From Octopus sinensis (Eukaryota), in the NCBI RefSeq assembly GCF_006345805.1, contig NC_043022.1:17980001-18044000 (forward strand): a stretch of DNA of 64,000 nucleotides. The letters are read 5' to 3'. The translations under genes and the position numbers were made by a program. How positions within the stretch are numbered: the stretch's first letter is position 1; every line of letters begins with the position of its first letter. Positions 13,381 to 27,662 of this stretch are shown one piece after another. The notes beneath the pieces were generated by a model. That model searched no databases. It was not told where the DNA came from and was given only the letters and a program-made list of their open reading frames with translations.

Positions 13381-14356
13381 GTTTCCCTCCAAAGTAGAAC
13401 TGATTAAAGCAACACTACAAACTCTCCCACGTTTTCTTTCGACTGTGAACTTCCTTTGAAAAGCTATGAACTTGATAAATTCACATTTTTAATGACTTGA
13501 ATGTCATAAGTGCATTGACCCTTTCCCCTCCTTCATGACCCCTTTTCTGGTCTCTGTTACAAGTATGATGAAGGAAGGAAAGGGTCCTTAAATCAGCAAC
13601 CTTCCTAAATCTTTGCAACAGAGTGAACTTTGTTGAAACCCTTCAAGAGTCAGGTTGTGGCTGTGATAAACCAGGTTAAATCAATGTCCAGCAACAAAGT
13701 CCACTGGACTCTGACATAATGTCTGTCTCTCAAATTGCATTCACAAGACATGCTCATTCCACCACTCGCATACAACACACTTGCACAGTTCTATGACATA
13801 CTTGTCACACACACACACATACCTTTGTGTGTGTGTGTGTGTCTATTCTTTTAGACATACACACATGTACTTATGTGTATGTATCATCATTTTATGTTCA
13901 CCCTCCTTGTTTCATTTCAACAGCCCAACAGGATCTGATGACTCAAAGAACTGCTCTCAGTGCCAATGTCTCAGTTTTCCAATGTTTCTACATTTGGATG
14001 TGTTTCCAATGAAAACCACTTTGCAAAATGTACTGAGTACTTTTCAAAATCCATCCATCCATCCCCAAATACACAAACTTGTATACATACACACATCAGG
14101 CAAATACAAAAATATATTTATGTGTATTTAGTATATATATATATATATATACATGACTGCTTTGTGTGTATATAACAAACCTTGTGCAGCCGTACTCAAT
14201 GAAAGTGAATCACAGACCGTTGTGCATACATTGCAAGTTCTCTAAACAGTTATATACACCCAGATTTGTGTGTATATGCACACCACACACACATGCACAT
14301 GTATGCTGAAGGTGCTTATATTTTGCACAACCTGCATCTGGAATTCCCTTTTATAG

Positions 14357-15450
14357 ATGCAGGATTATACGGGGATGACGGTCTTATAGTCACCCTAATA
14401 TGAATGGCCATGAGTTAGATAGACTTAGGAAGAATTTTATTATTTTCTTTCAAAGAATGGTCTTATGGATAACAATAGAAAGTAACCTAAATAATGTAGA
14501 TTTTTTAGATATTAACGTAGATTTGCAAATAGATAAATTCAAACCCTACCGTAAGCCTAATGAAAAGCTATATTATATTAACAGAGAGTCGAATCATCCA
14601 CCCATACTACTTAAGAATCTATTTAGTAATATAGGAAGGCGCATAACATCCATATCTTCAGACAAAACAGCGTTTCAAAATGCTGCACCATATTATAATG
14701 ATGCATTAAGGAGCAGTGGATTTTGAGAGAAGCTCCAGTATAGTCAAAGCACTACTAACGATAATAGAACACATAGGACTAGAACTAAGAAAGTTTTGTG
14801 GTTTAACTTCTAACATTGCCGTAAAAACTAATATAGGAAGAGAATTATTGAAACTAGGTTCTAAGCATTTTGGAACAAACCATAAATTCTACAGAATTTT
14901 TAATAGGAGAATGCTGAAGGTTAGCTGTTCTTGTTGCAAGAACTTTGATTCTTTAATGAACCAGCAGCACAACATGAAAACCATTAGAGTCAACCACAGT
15001 GCTGGAAATAACCAGAAGAATTGTGATTGTAAAGATCAAAGTTGCCGTCCATTAGGAGAAAATTGTCTAGAGAAAGGAATAGTTTGTAGAGCTAAGGTAC
15101 AAATAGATGACTCACAAGAATACAGGACATATATAGGAGCTTTGGAAAATTCCTTTAAGACTAGATTATATTCCCACTGCAATCCGTTATGATTCCCCAG
15201 AAATAGGATAACAACGAGTCTCACTAAACATGTCTGACAACTGAAAGAAAATGACACTGGTTCTTTCCAAATCAGCTGGACAATCTTGGAGAAAACAGCA
15301 CCATACAAGCATGGAGCATACAGACACCGAATGAGGTGCAATTTGTGCCTGACTGAAAAGCTCTTCTTCTTGCTGCAGGATAAATATGCACTGAACCAAA
15401 GAAGGGAACTTTTAAATTCCTGCAGACACGCTATGAGGCATAAAATGTTA
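14357..15450 (+). mobile_element. Penelope-like element relic (RT C-terminal part + GIY-YIG endonuclease)
   Basis: YGDDGL (RT, cf. YRDDGL), VDFLDINVDL, YRKPNEKLYYINRESNHPP, CDCK..CRPLGENCLEKGIV..A, YIGALENSFKTRLYSH, RCNLCLTEK...LNQRRELLNSCRH. Frameshifts and stops present. Confidence 0.88.
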
Positions 15451-16250
15451 AGTGAAAAAATACGAATAACATTGACTTTTGCATTTGAATTTGACTTTCT
15501 CACCTGAAAATTGGCACCATTTTGTTTAACATTCATTTTTACATTTTTTGCCTTTGCATTTTACATTTTGCTCCCTTCAAGAAAACCTTTGACTGGATTC
15601 AAACTTTATTTCTGTTTTATTTTCATTATTTTATTGTAACTGTTACTTTTAAATACACCTTTTTGAACCATGTGATTGGTTTTTAAATTGCAATTAAGCC
15701 ACAGAATACCTCACAACGTGGATTTCCTAATGCACACCTTTAAAAGTCAATCTACAATTGTCCAAAATATGTTTTAAAGATATCGAATACCTGAATGGAT
15801 TTGTTTTATTTTTTTTATTACAATTTTTATGATTTTTATTATTTATTTAACTACTTTCATTGCATTTATTATTTAGTGAACTGGACAAAATATTTAGGGA
15901 TTTTTCACCATTTGCTAAGTTTCTGATTTAAGTTTGGCTGAGGTCAAACTTTTACTTAAGGTGAGCCTGGGAACTGATGGTTTTGGGGTTTTGTTGTTTG
16001 TAACTTTTGGTGAGCCATGGTGCAACCAACAACAGGGTAAAATCCCTACCATTAATTTGGTGTTGATGGGTAATATCAAATAATTCAATCACAACATATA
16101 TTTAAATTAAACATGAAAAAAATTGAAATATTACCACTTACATGGAAAAATTGTAATATTAACTTTCAGTATTTTGTAAGGTAAAATCTGAAATTATTAA
16201 TTGACATATTATTAATTATCTTATAACAGCAATGCCTGGAAAAATCATGG

Positions 16251-16753
16251 ATTACATGGAAAAGTGCAAGCATGAAAAGTAATATTCTTAAGATTATAAA
16301 CCTGGAAAAGTACAGGACAAGTTATTACACCTGGAAAAGTATAGGACAAACTATTATTTCAAGTAAAGAATAAGAAACTTTTTACTTAAAATATTGCAGC
16401 TAAAATTAAAATTTGAATATTAAAACTTATTTTATTATAGTTTACAATTAACACTATACTTATTTAAGTAGAATTTGGCTAATTTGCTACCTTAAATACA
16501 GAAAAAATTGACTAATTAGACAAACTTACAAATTAGCTGAACAGTTTTGTACAATAAATTTAAAAGATGAGAACTGTAAAGAGTGATAAATTAGAAGAAC
16601 TGGCATTCTTTGCTGCACTATTTTAAGTAAAAAGTTTCTTATTCTTTACTTGAAGTAATAGCTTGTCCTATTCTTTTATAGGTGTAATAACTTGTCCTGT
16701 ACTTTTCCTAATCTTAAGAATATTACTTCTCATGCTTGCATTTTCCATGTAAT
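16251..16753. mobile_element. foldback/MITE with ~150-bp TIRs
   Basis: 16251-16400 (attacatggaaaagtgcaagcatg...aagtaaagaataagaaactttttacttaaaat) is the inverted copy of 16612-16753; internal subrepeats cctggaaaag. Confidence 0.85.
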
Positions 16754-17434
16754 ATATGTGTGTACACACCTTTGTATACATTAGTAAATATATTCACATT
16801 TATATTTGCCTGTATATGTATGTATGTATCAACGTTTGTCAGTGCTAGTGTACATATGTATATATTTTTAGTGTGTGTATGTATAAGTGAATGTCTGTAT
16901 GTGAATAATGGGTGTCTATATTTTGATGCTCTGAGATTTCTGTAAGTGAATATTTTACTATAAACAGACTTACATTTATTTTAATTGAGATTATTTTATA
17001 ATTTATTAATTTACTCTAGGTATATATGTTTTACATTCTAACTCCGTGATTCCCAACATGGGGCACATGGTAATATTTTGGTGGGGCATGGTAATATTTT
17101 GGTGGGGCATGTGTAGAGTTATGCTGAATTTTTATACCTTTTGTACACAATGTTTAGTATACCAATAGAGAAAGGGGGACAATTTGAGAATGAGTAATTA
17201 AAAAAAATCTTTACATCCCTTCTATGGACAATTTTATCAAATTTTGGACACTTTAGAGACAACAGGTCATTTTCATCTTACAGATTATTTCCTTTGATTT
17301 AGTGGTGTGTGAAAAGCATGTGTGTATGTGCAAGCGTGCATACATGTGTGTGCGTGTGTGTCTGTAGTATAGAACTGGTCAATACTGAAAGCAATGCCTT
17401 CTTATTTCCCTCTGGAGAAATAAACTTTTACTTT

Positions 17435-17985
17435 TATTTGCTTCAGTCATTTGACTGCGACCATGCTAGAGCAACACCTTTAGTCGAACAAATTGACCTC
17501 AGAACTTATTCTTTGTAAGCCTAGTACTTATTCTACCGGTCTCTTTTGCCGAACCGCTAAGTTACGGGAACATAAACTCACCAGCATCAGTTGTCAAGCG
17601 ATGTTGGAGGTGGGGGTGGACAAACACACACACACATATATAGGGAATCCAAACAAAGAAGAACAAACAAGAAAAAACAATAACGTGAGGACGTGGTACA
17701 AATAATGTATTATCAGACGCTCAGGAAAGGAAAGAAAGAGGATTTAACGCTTCGAGCCTTGCTCTTCTTCAGAAATAGAGGAAAGTCCAAAGGAAGGGAA
17801 GATGGAAGAAGAAAATCGCCAAAGATACACACGTGGTTACATTTTGAAATGTATATACGATGGGCTTCTTTCAGTTTCCGTCTACTAAATCCACTCACAA
17901 GGCTTTGGTTAGCCCAAGGTTATAGTAGAAGACACTTGCCCAAGGTGCCACACAGTGGGACTGAACCTGGAACCATATAGTTGGC
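17435..17985 (-). mobile_element. SINE family B split by a ~210-bp insertion (about 17640-17855)
   Basis: The 3' half (17435-17640) and 5' half (17855-17985) of the family B consensus flank an unrelated segment that carries a hammerhead-like motif. Confidence 0.75.
17742..17776 (-). ncRNA. degenerate minimal type I hammerhead ribozyme motif (Penelope-type)
   Basis: Minus strand: attt-CTGAAGA-A-GAGC-aag-GCTC-GAAGC-GTT-aaat. Stem I attt/aaat, stem II GAGC/GCTC; core GAAA is mutated to GAAG. Confidence 0.6.
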
Positions 17986-18841
17986 GGAGACAGACTTATG
18001 TGAGCGGATGTGTCTAAGAGTATAGAGTTTGGTTCACATGGCAGAGATGTAAACGGAACCCTTCCCCTTTTAAAAAAAATTTTTTTTACGGAATCCCATG
18101 TTTTAGGCTATGGAGATTCCAATTCTGAAATTTTTTTTTCCAAAATCACAACTTCAAAATTTAATCCCCCGCCCCTCATTTCTTCATTTTTCCCTTTTTC
18201 CGGAATTTTTTTAGAGATTATAATTCTGAAAAAAATTGGTTAATGTTTACATCTTGACCCGGAAATGAAAATCCCCCACCCCCCAAAAAATACTGGAAAG
18301 GGTGTAAGACAATGTGTTGGAAACGAATATGAAAAAAAAATGGGTGCAAAGCAACGGGTGGGTGAGGAGAGGACTTCGGAAAATTCACAAAATCCGAGCT
18401 TTTCCCTCATAACTTTTAGGAAAATGGTTTTTTTTTCAATGAAACTTTATAGAAATACCTTTGAAACGGCATACATTATGACTATAAGGTGATTTGTGGG
18501 GAAAATTTTGAGGTGGAGAGAGGACTTTCAGAAAATTCCCAAGACCCGAATTTTTCCTCGTAATATTCCGAAATCACATTCAACTTTCTACAGATACCCT
18601 AGAATAGTACTAATACACTACGTAGTGGTTTTTCTACCCACTTTCAATAATTTCTAATGTTTTGGCTTCAATTTTATTTCATTTTCAAGTATTTTTATGC
18701 TTTTTTTAACCCTTCGTCGTTATTCTCATTCACTCGTTATTACTTTCTATCTATCTATCAATATATATATATATATATATATATACATACACACACCCAC
18801 ATACACACACACACACATATATATATATACATACACACACC

Positions 18842-18893
<52 letters not shown>

Positions 18894-21800
18894 CACACAC
18901 ATATACAGTTATGAGGGAAAAGCTCGGATCTTGTGAATTTTCCGAAGTCCTTTCCCTACCCTTTTGGAAAAGATTTCCCCCACAAATTTCTTTATAAGAA
19001 GGTGTTAATTTTTTTTTTTAAAGTTACAAAAAAATACGAGTGCAGAAATAACGGCAAACTCTTTTGACAAAAGAAAAGTAAAAATCGGAAAGAAACCCAG
19101 TGACAAAGTGAAATGAAAGTTCGTTGATGTCGTGTGGGCATGTCGTTTTTACTTGAGGCAATAATGCCTTTTGGTTTCAAAAAATCCATTATTTTCTCTG
19201 GAGCAAACTGCTTCAATATTTCCTCAAATGAACATTCTTAATTTCACTTTGTCATATTACTGCGGGAAATTACTCTGAAAGAAATCTTTGCAGAAAGGTG
19301 TGTCGATTGAATACATATTTCTTTAATTATGTCATCGTAGTTTTGTAAGATTTGGCTGTTATTTCTAGCATGTGAATAGCCTGCTTGAAGGCCAAGGCCG
19401 TAGAATCGGGAGAGGAGGGGGTGGGGTAAATTTTATTTTTTGAGAAATTGAAATTTTACAAACAATCTTTTTTCAGAATCATAATTTCCGTATTTTTCCG
19501 AAAAAAGAAATTGGGGCGGGGGGGGGGAGTGAAATTTTGAAGTTGCGTTTTTTTAAAAAAAAATTTCAGTATTGGAATCTCCTTAGAAGTGTGGAAGGGT
19601 TCCGTTTCCACATTGGCCAGGTGAGCCTTGAGTCTTTTAATCTCTGGCGACAGAGTGAGGGATGAAAGAATGGAAATGGTGTGGGGTAGTGAGGGGTAGT
19701 GTCAGTGAAGGAAGGGAAAGAGGCAGAAAGAGAAAGGGGAGAGAGAGAGGGAGGCAGATAGATAGCTAGATAGAGAGAGGGAGACAGATAGATAGAGAAA
19801 GAGAGAGAGGGAGAGAGAAAGGGAGACAGATAGATAGAGAAAGAGAGAGGAGAGAGAGGGAGACAGATAAAGAGAGAGGAGAGAGAAGGAGACAGACGGA
19901 TAGATCGATAGATAGATAGGTAGATAGATAGATAGCGAGATAGATAGATAGAGAGAGAGACAGACAGAGATTTATGGTCCTGGTAATGGCACACACACAC
20001 ACACTCGTCCATTTTATGAACAGAGATGAAAATTAAAAAGGTGTCATTTTATTCCCACCAAACAGTTTGTGAATTCAGCAAAAAGGTAAGAAAAAAACTT
20101 CCATCATTGATAGAAAGGCTTTTTTTTTTTGCAGCTGAGAAGATTCACGGAATATTTTTTGTTTCTTTTTGAGCAGATTTTCCGAAAGTTTATTAAACTG
20201 GAATCTTTTTGAAGATTCAAAGACAAAACTGCAGATTTCCGAGCCCAACCACCGACTTTGGATGATCAAAATTTTCAAGAAAATTGATAACTTTTAACGA
20301 AATTATCCATGTGTTTCCGAATATACAAAATTTTGGGAGAAAAGTGTTTTAGGAGAGGTTGGGGTGGAGAATTTTGGAAAATCCACCGGAGTCCACTTCA
20401 ATTCGTCTTAACTTTCAAGAAAATGGATAATTTTTTAAAGAAAATTCTCTACAAATATACCTGGGACTATGTAGATTCCGGGGACATAAGAATTTGGGGG
20501 GAAAACATTTGGGGGCTAATTTTGAGAGCTGTTCCCCGCTCGCCGGTGATTCTGAACAAGTCGACCATATTTGTTTCGTTTTCTCTATTTGTGCAACAGA
20601 CGACAGGCGACGGAGGCAGACGAAGCCCTCACCAGGAAACTCGTTAGGCTAAAAATAACAGCTAACGGTCGTCTGGTACACAGAAATATGTTATTAAGAC
20701 AATTTACCTGTTGCATACGATTTCTTTTCCACTTTAAGTAAACTCCCAGGTAATCGTTTCTAATAGAAAGCCAGAAGACACCAGAAGCAAAATGAGGAAT
20801 ATACACGCACAGTTAAATATAAAAGTGTAAAGCATAATTTGTTACATAATCTCTATAATAAATATGATATTGAATGGAATAATTCCCCGTTTGAACTTTT
20901 TTATTTACATGTGTGTGTGTGTGTGGGGGGGGTTGAAATCTATGGATGCACAAAACGGAAACAAATATCGACGACTTATTCAGAATCACCGGCGAGTGGG
21001 GAACATTTCTCAAAAATAGCCCCCAAATGTTTTCCCCTAAAATTCCTAATTCCTCGGAATCTAAATGGTCAGAGATATATTTGTAGAGAAGTTCATAAAA
21101 AAATATCCATTTTCTTGAAAGTTAAGACGAATTGAAGTGGACTCCGGTGGATTTTCCAAAATTCCCCACTCCAACCCCTCCTAGAATACTTCTCCCCCTC
21201 CAAATTTTGTATATTCGGAATCTACATGATATAACACAGATTCGTAGACAATTTCATTAAAAGTTATCCATTTTTCTGAAAGTTATTATCATCCAAACCG
21301 GGGGCGCAGAAATCTTTAGTTATTCCGATTCAAAAATACATAAAATGAGTCGTGCAAGTAAAAAAATGTTCGTCAATATTGAGAGAAATATTTAAAATTT
21401 GGAGTTTTCCCGCTCTGCACGATAAACTGTCACCAAGTTATAGGCGAAAAACTCGGATCTTGTGAATTTTCCGAAGTTCTCTCCCTTCACCTTGGAAAAG
21501 GTTTCTTTATAATTGTAATCTATGTTGGTTGAAATGTCATTAAAAATAAAATTCCTAGAAGTTATGAGGGTCTTCCGAAGTCTTCCCATCCGTTGCTTTC
21601 CCCTTTTTTGTTTTCATATTCGTTTCCTACACATTTTTTTTTTACATCCGTTGTACTTTATATTTATTAATTTTGTTTCCAGGTAATATAGTAAACATTA
21701 ACCAAATTTTGAATAACAAAAATTAAATATCTCAAGGGGGCATCAGGATTTTAGAGATGATTCGGTGGGGCATGACCAAAATTCGGTTGGGAATCACTGT

Positions 21801-22124
21801 TCTAACTAAAAGTTATTTTTTGATTTACGGTTTTCTTTGATTTTACACAATATGATTTTTAAACCTTTTAATTTTATTACGTATATCACCGTTTCTTTTT
21901 TAAAAAAAGCGTTAGTTCAAATGACCAGTGAAATGAAAACAATTTCAAATGTGCATCTGTCAATGTAAATTGTATATTTATACAGATAACCTTAAATTTT
22001 GTTCCATTCTCAATCAAAAATATCCAACGAATGGGAACATGAAACTCTGAGTAGCAGTTTCTTGTGATATTTTTGTGATGTTTTTTCAGCTTTAATAATA
22101 CAGTACACCCCCTCCCTCCTCACC

Positions 22125-22634
22125 ATCATCGTTTAATACCCGCCTTCCATGCTGGCATGGGTGGATGGTTTGATAGGAGCTGGCCTGGCGGAAGCATGCA
22201 CCAGACGTCTGTGACTGTTTCGGCTGGACTTTTACAGCTGGATGCCCTTCCTATCACCAACCATTTAGCAGAATAGACTTAGTGCATTTTATGTGGCACA
22301 AGTACAGGCGAGGTCAGTTTTGGCAGGGTTTTTACAGCTGGATGCCCTTCCAAATGCCAACCACTTTTCAGTGTGGACTAGATGTTTTAAGTGACACCTG
22401 CTCTGACAGGGTCACCGAGGTAACTTGCGAGATAAAAAGTTCTTTTGAGAGGGGAGGAGACATTGGATGAGGTGATCTTGTGTCAGATGATTAAAGGTTA
22501 TTGTGTGACAGAGACAGGTGTCTTACTGTAGAAGAGGTACAAGGTGGGGGAGAGAGATCAGGAATGAAGACAAAAACACATATGCCGCTACAAAGGAGAT
22601 TCATGGTTACCCAGCTTGATGGAAGAGAAGGCAA

Positions 22635-22707
<73 letters not shown>

Positions 22708-22860
22708 AGACAGCAGGATAGAGATGGTGGCAAAGTGCCAAGCATACTCTCAAGGAATGGGGATCAGAATATAAATGGGATGGTTGAGTAAAGGAAGAGG
22801 GAGATGTAAATGGTGGCAAGTGCCAGGCCATACCCTTGAGGTTCAAATGTCATAATATAA
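22125..22860 (-). mobile_element. dispersed repeat, probably RTE-derived 3' end, with (GA)n at 22639-22702
   Basis: catcatcgtttaat...ttccatgctggcatggg start and a duplicated tttacagctggatgcccttcc motif. Family assignment is from memory of cephalopod repeats. Confidence 0.45.
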
Positions 22861-23199
22861 GTGTGTGGTGAAAACCTGGGTATATATGAAGTGGTGGAGG
22901 CTGCTGGATAGCAATGATACAGAGAAACAGAGCTGTGGAGACAGGATTGGGAAGTGAGAGATAGGTGCATGAAGGAGGAAATATGAGGAAGAGAAGAGAT
23001 GTAGATTGGTTTGTTGGGGTAAGGTGTGTGAAAAGTTTTCTTGTTATCTGTGGGTTAGGGGCTAGAGGATAGCAGTGATACAGTGAGACTGGACCAAGAG
23101 GACAGAATTGGGAAGTGGGAGGGATGTATAGTGCGTGAAGTAGAAATATGAGGAAAAGATATGTTTATATATATACTAAGTACATAAGATTTTTGTGGT

Positions 23200-23935
23200 C
23201 ATTTGAATGAATTTAGAAAAAGACACATAGCTCATCAATGAAAAGCTGTATTTGAAAACAAATTGGTGCAAAAAATCTTGAAAATCCTTTTATCACACCT
23301 ATTCAATGAATCCACCGTTAGCATCAATGGCTGCTTCAATATGGGGTCAGAAGAGTTGAGGTGCTTGAATCAGTTTTGGACATAATACTGGTTATGGTGG
23401 ACTTGAGATATTGTCTGGTATTATGGGGATGTTGATGGACCTCTCTCTCACAAGTACCCCCATATGTAATAGTCCAGTGGGTTGAGGTCTGGTGAACAAG
23501 GAAGCTATGTGTCAGGGAGAATATGGTCATAGGGAGACGCATGCATTTACGCTTGAGTTGTTCTAACCTTGCAAGATGGTGCAGAGTCTTCCATTGTGTA
23601 CTCTGTCTATCCAGGGCCTCACAACTTTCTCCAATACAACTGTATAGGTAACGTCATTGACTCTTAAGCCCCGTGTAAAACAGTGAGGAGGCATGACATC
23701 TTACTCATTGCTAAAGACTCCTAGAACCATCACAGTTGCTAGGAACTCAGTATAACTGACTGCTGGAACTTCATTCGGGTCTCTGCAGTTTAGCTTTTAG
23801 GTCCTGATTGAAATTTTTCTTATTCGAGAAAAACCAAAGCATCCCAGCCACTTGATGTTTGAACTTGTTTTTGCGTGTCCAGCATAAACTGACCCTTCTG
23901 AATCACATACAACTTGTCTCTGATGTCTTCGTGCA
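23200..23935 (-). mobile_element. Tc1/mariner transposase relic
   Basis: The minus strand encodes a SPDLNPLDYYIWG-like motif (cagacctcaacccactggactattacatatgg); frameshifted. Confidence 0.75.
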
Positions 23936-24208
23936 CAACTCTTCTGATGGTGCATTCTGAAACCTTTGCAATGTATATATATCTATCTATCTATATATAT
24001 ATATGTATATATGTATATATGCATATATGTATATATATATATATATATATGTATATATGTACATATGTATATATACATAAATCATCATCATCATCATCAT
24101 TTAGCGTCTGTTTTCCATGCTATATGTATATATATATATGTATATATGTACATATGTATATATATATGTACATATGTATATATATGTATATATATATGTG
24201 TGTATACA

Positions 24209-24255
<47 letters not shown>

Positions 24256-24298
24256 GTATATGTATATATGTATGTCTGTATGTATGTATATATATAAA

Positions 24299-24514
24299 TA
24301 AATTTAGAATAATAAGGGTGAAAAATTTAATATTAATTTGATTAATATCAATTTACCCAGTGGTCTAGCATATTAAAATCTAAAGATTCTGAAAAATTAT
24401 ATTACATACATATAATTTTTCAGAATCTTCAGATTTTAATATGCTAGACCACTGGGTTTATATTGATATTAATCAAATTAATATTAAATTTTCACCCTTA
24501 TTATTTTAAATTTA
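24299..24514. repeat. near-perfect palindrome with ~104-bp arms
   Basis: taaatttagaataataagggtgaaaa...cccagtggtctagcatattaaaatct..gattctgaaaaattatat, loop tacatac, then the inverted copy. The flanking (TATG)n/(CATA)n tracts extend the symmetry. Confidence 0.92.
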
Positions 24515-24539
24515 TATATATACATGCATGCATTCATGC

Positions 24540-27500
24540 ATATATACATACATACATGCATGCATGCATACATACGTACATACGTATGTAATAACATACA
24601 TACATACATACATGCATACCTACATACATACCTACATACATACCTACATACATACCTACATACATATATACATACATACCTGCATACATACCTACGTACA
24701 TACCTACATACATACATAATACATACATACATACCTACATACATACCTTCATACATACATACTTACCTACATACATACCTTCATACATACCTACATACAT
24801 ACATAATACATACATACATACCTACATACATACATACTTACCTACATACATACCTTCATACATACATACATACATACATACATAATACATACATACATAT
24901 TACCTACATACCTATATACCTACCTACCTACCTACATACATACATACATACCTACCTACATACCTACCTACATCCATACCTTCATACATACCTACATACC
25001 TACATACATACCTACATATATACCTACATACCTACCTACATACCTACATACATACATACCTACATACATACCTACATACATACCTCCCTACGTTCATACC
25101 TACATACATACATACCTACATACCTTCCTATATACATACCTACATACATACATACCTACATACCTACCTACCTACATACCTACATACTTACATACATACC
25201 TACATACATACCTACATACATACCTACATACATTCCTACATACATACCCATGTACATAGCTACCTACATACCTACCTACATAACTAGCTACATTCCTAAC
25301 AAACATACTTACCTACATACCTACCTACATACCTACCTACATACATACCTACATGCATACCTACATGCATACCTACCTACATAACTACCTACATACATAC
25401 CTACAAACATACCTACATACATACATGGTGGCTGCCCCCTCGTTATCGAGTATGGCCATTGCACGAAGCTTAATCAATGTTGTTATCGTGCAATGCCTGT
25501 GCAAGAAGATTTTTTTTAAGTGACGAAAGGCTGTGCACAGAATCAATCCCACTCACTAAGCAACAGCAGCCATAATCCGAAAAGAAGAACAAGTCAACAT
25601 CATCGGTAACCACTGAGCCACAGGTTTTTATGTCGGAGTTATCCCAGTTTCCTGAGTTACCTTCTCCTAGAAGGATGCCCTAACAAGGGCTAGGAGTCCT
25701 TCACACCCAATGGTTTAACCGCGCTATCGGGTATTCAGTCCGATTATTTCTATGTCCCCACGCATGATACATCCTTAAGACATTTATTGGATGGCCGTTG
25801 ACTCTCAAGAGTTCCTCCGCCCTTTGACAGGTTTTGTTTTTCATCCCGCAGGGTATCCAATAAACATCCGACCATGCAACAGGTTGTACTGGGTTACATG
25901 TTGTCAGTAGCACTCGAAAGTGTCCTGACATACATACATACATACATATCTACATACATACCTATATACCTACCTACATACCTACAAACACACATGCATA
26001 CATATATACCTACCTACCTACCTACCTACCTAACTACCTACCTACCTAGCTACCTAGCTACCTACCTATATACCTACCTCTATACATACCTACATATATA
26101 CCTACATACAAACCTACATACATACCTACATATACATCTACATATATACCTACAAACCTACATACATACATACATACCTACCTATATAACTACCTACATT
26201 CCTACTAAACATAACCTATATACATACATACCTACATACATACCTACCTACATTCCTACCTACATACCTACCTACATACATACCTACATACATACATATA
26301 TATATACATACATACCTATATACATACCTACATAGATACCTACCTACATACCTACCTACATGCCTATCTACCTACCTACCTACCTACATACATACATACA
26401 TACATACATACATACATACATACATACATACATACATACATACATACATACATACATACATACATACATACATGCATGCATGCATGCATACATACATAAA
26501 TACATACATACCTACCTACCAACATACATACATACATGCATGCATGCATACATACATACATACATACCTACCAACATACATACATACATACATACATACA
26601 TACATACATACATACATACATACATACATACATTCCTACATACATACATACATACATACATACCTACCAACATACATACATACATACATACATACATACA
26701 TACATACATACATACATTCCTACATACATACATACATACATACCTACCAACATACATACATACATACATACATACATGCATGCATGCATGCATGCATACA
26801 TACATACATACATACATACATACATACATACATACATACATACATACATACATACATACATACATACATACATACATACATACCTACCAACATACATACA
26901 TACATTCCTACATACATACCTACCAACATACATAGATACATACATACATACAACATACATACTACCAACATACATACATACATACAACATACATACATAC
27001 ATGCATACATACATTCCTACATACATACATACATACATACCAACATACATACATGCATGCATACATACATACATACTACATACATACATACATACATACA
27101 TACATACATACATGCATACCTACCAACATACATACATACATACATACATACATACATACATACATACATACATACATACATACCTACCAACATACATACA
27201 TACATTCCTACATACATACCTACCAACATACATAGATACATACATACATACATACATACATACCTACCAACATACATACATACATACATACATACATACA
27301 TACATACATACATACATGCATACATACATTCCTACATACATACATACATACATACCAACATACATACATGCATGCATACATACATACATACATACATACA
27401 TGCATACATACATACATGCATACCTACCAACATACATACATACATACCTACCTACCTACATACATACTACATACCTACCAACATACATACATACATACAT

Positions 27501-27662
27501 GCATGCATGCATACATGCATACATACATACATACCAACATACATACATACATACATACATACATACCAACATACGTACATACCTACCAACATACAGACAT
27601 ACATACATGCATACATACATACATACATACATACATACATACATACATACATACATACATAC
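24540..27662 (+). repeat. (TACA)n/(TACC)n compound microsatellite, ~3.1 kb, interrupted at 25425-25930
   Basis: Directly visible. It is the source of the YIHT/MYVC pseudo-ORFs. A ~500-bp non-repetitive insert sits in the middle. Confidence 0.95.

Larger units (their letters stand above)
17044..21799. mobile_element. non-autonomous hAT-type DNA transposon (4756 bp) with nested insertions
   Basis: TIRs ccgtgattcccaac (17044) and gttgggaatcactg (ends 21799). Perfect 8-bp TSD ttctaact at 17036-17043 and 21800-21807. Subterminal ggtggggcat repeats at both ends. No transposase ORF. Confidence 0.85.

Noticed and set aside
15235-15237. In-frame TGA in the Penelope-like relic as selenocysteine recoding
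   Set aside because: It falls at a position where Trp is expected (KHV*QLKE, cf. KHIWQLK). The Cys motifs are intact and the element is frameshifted, so it is simple decay.
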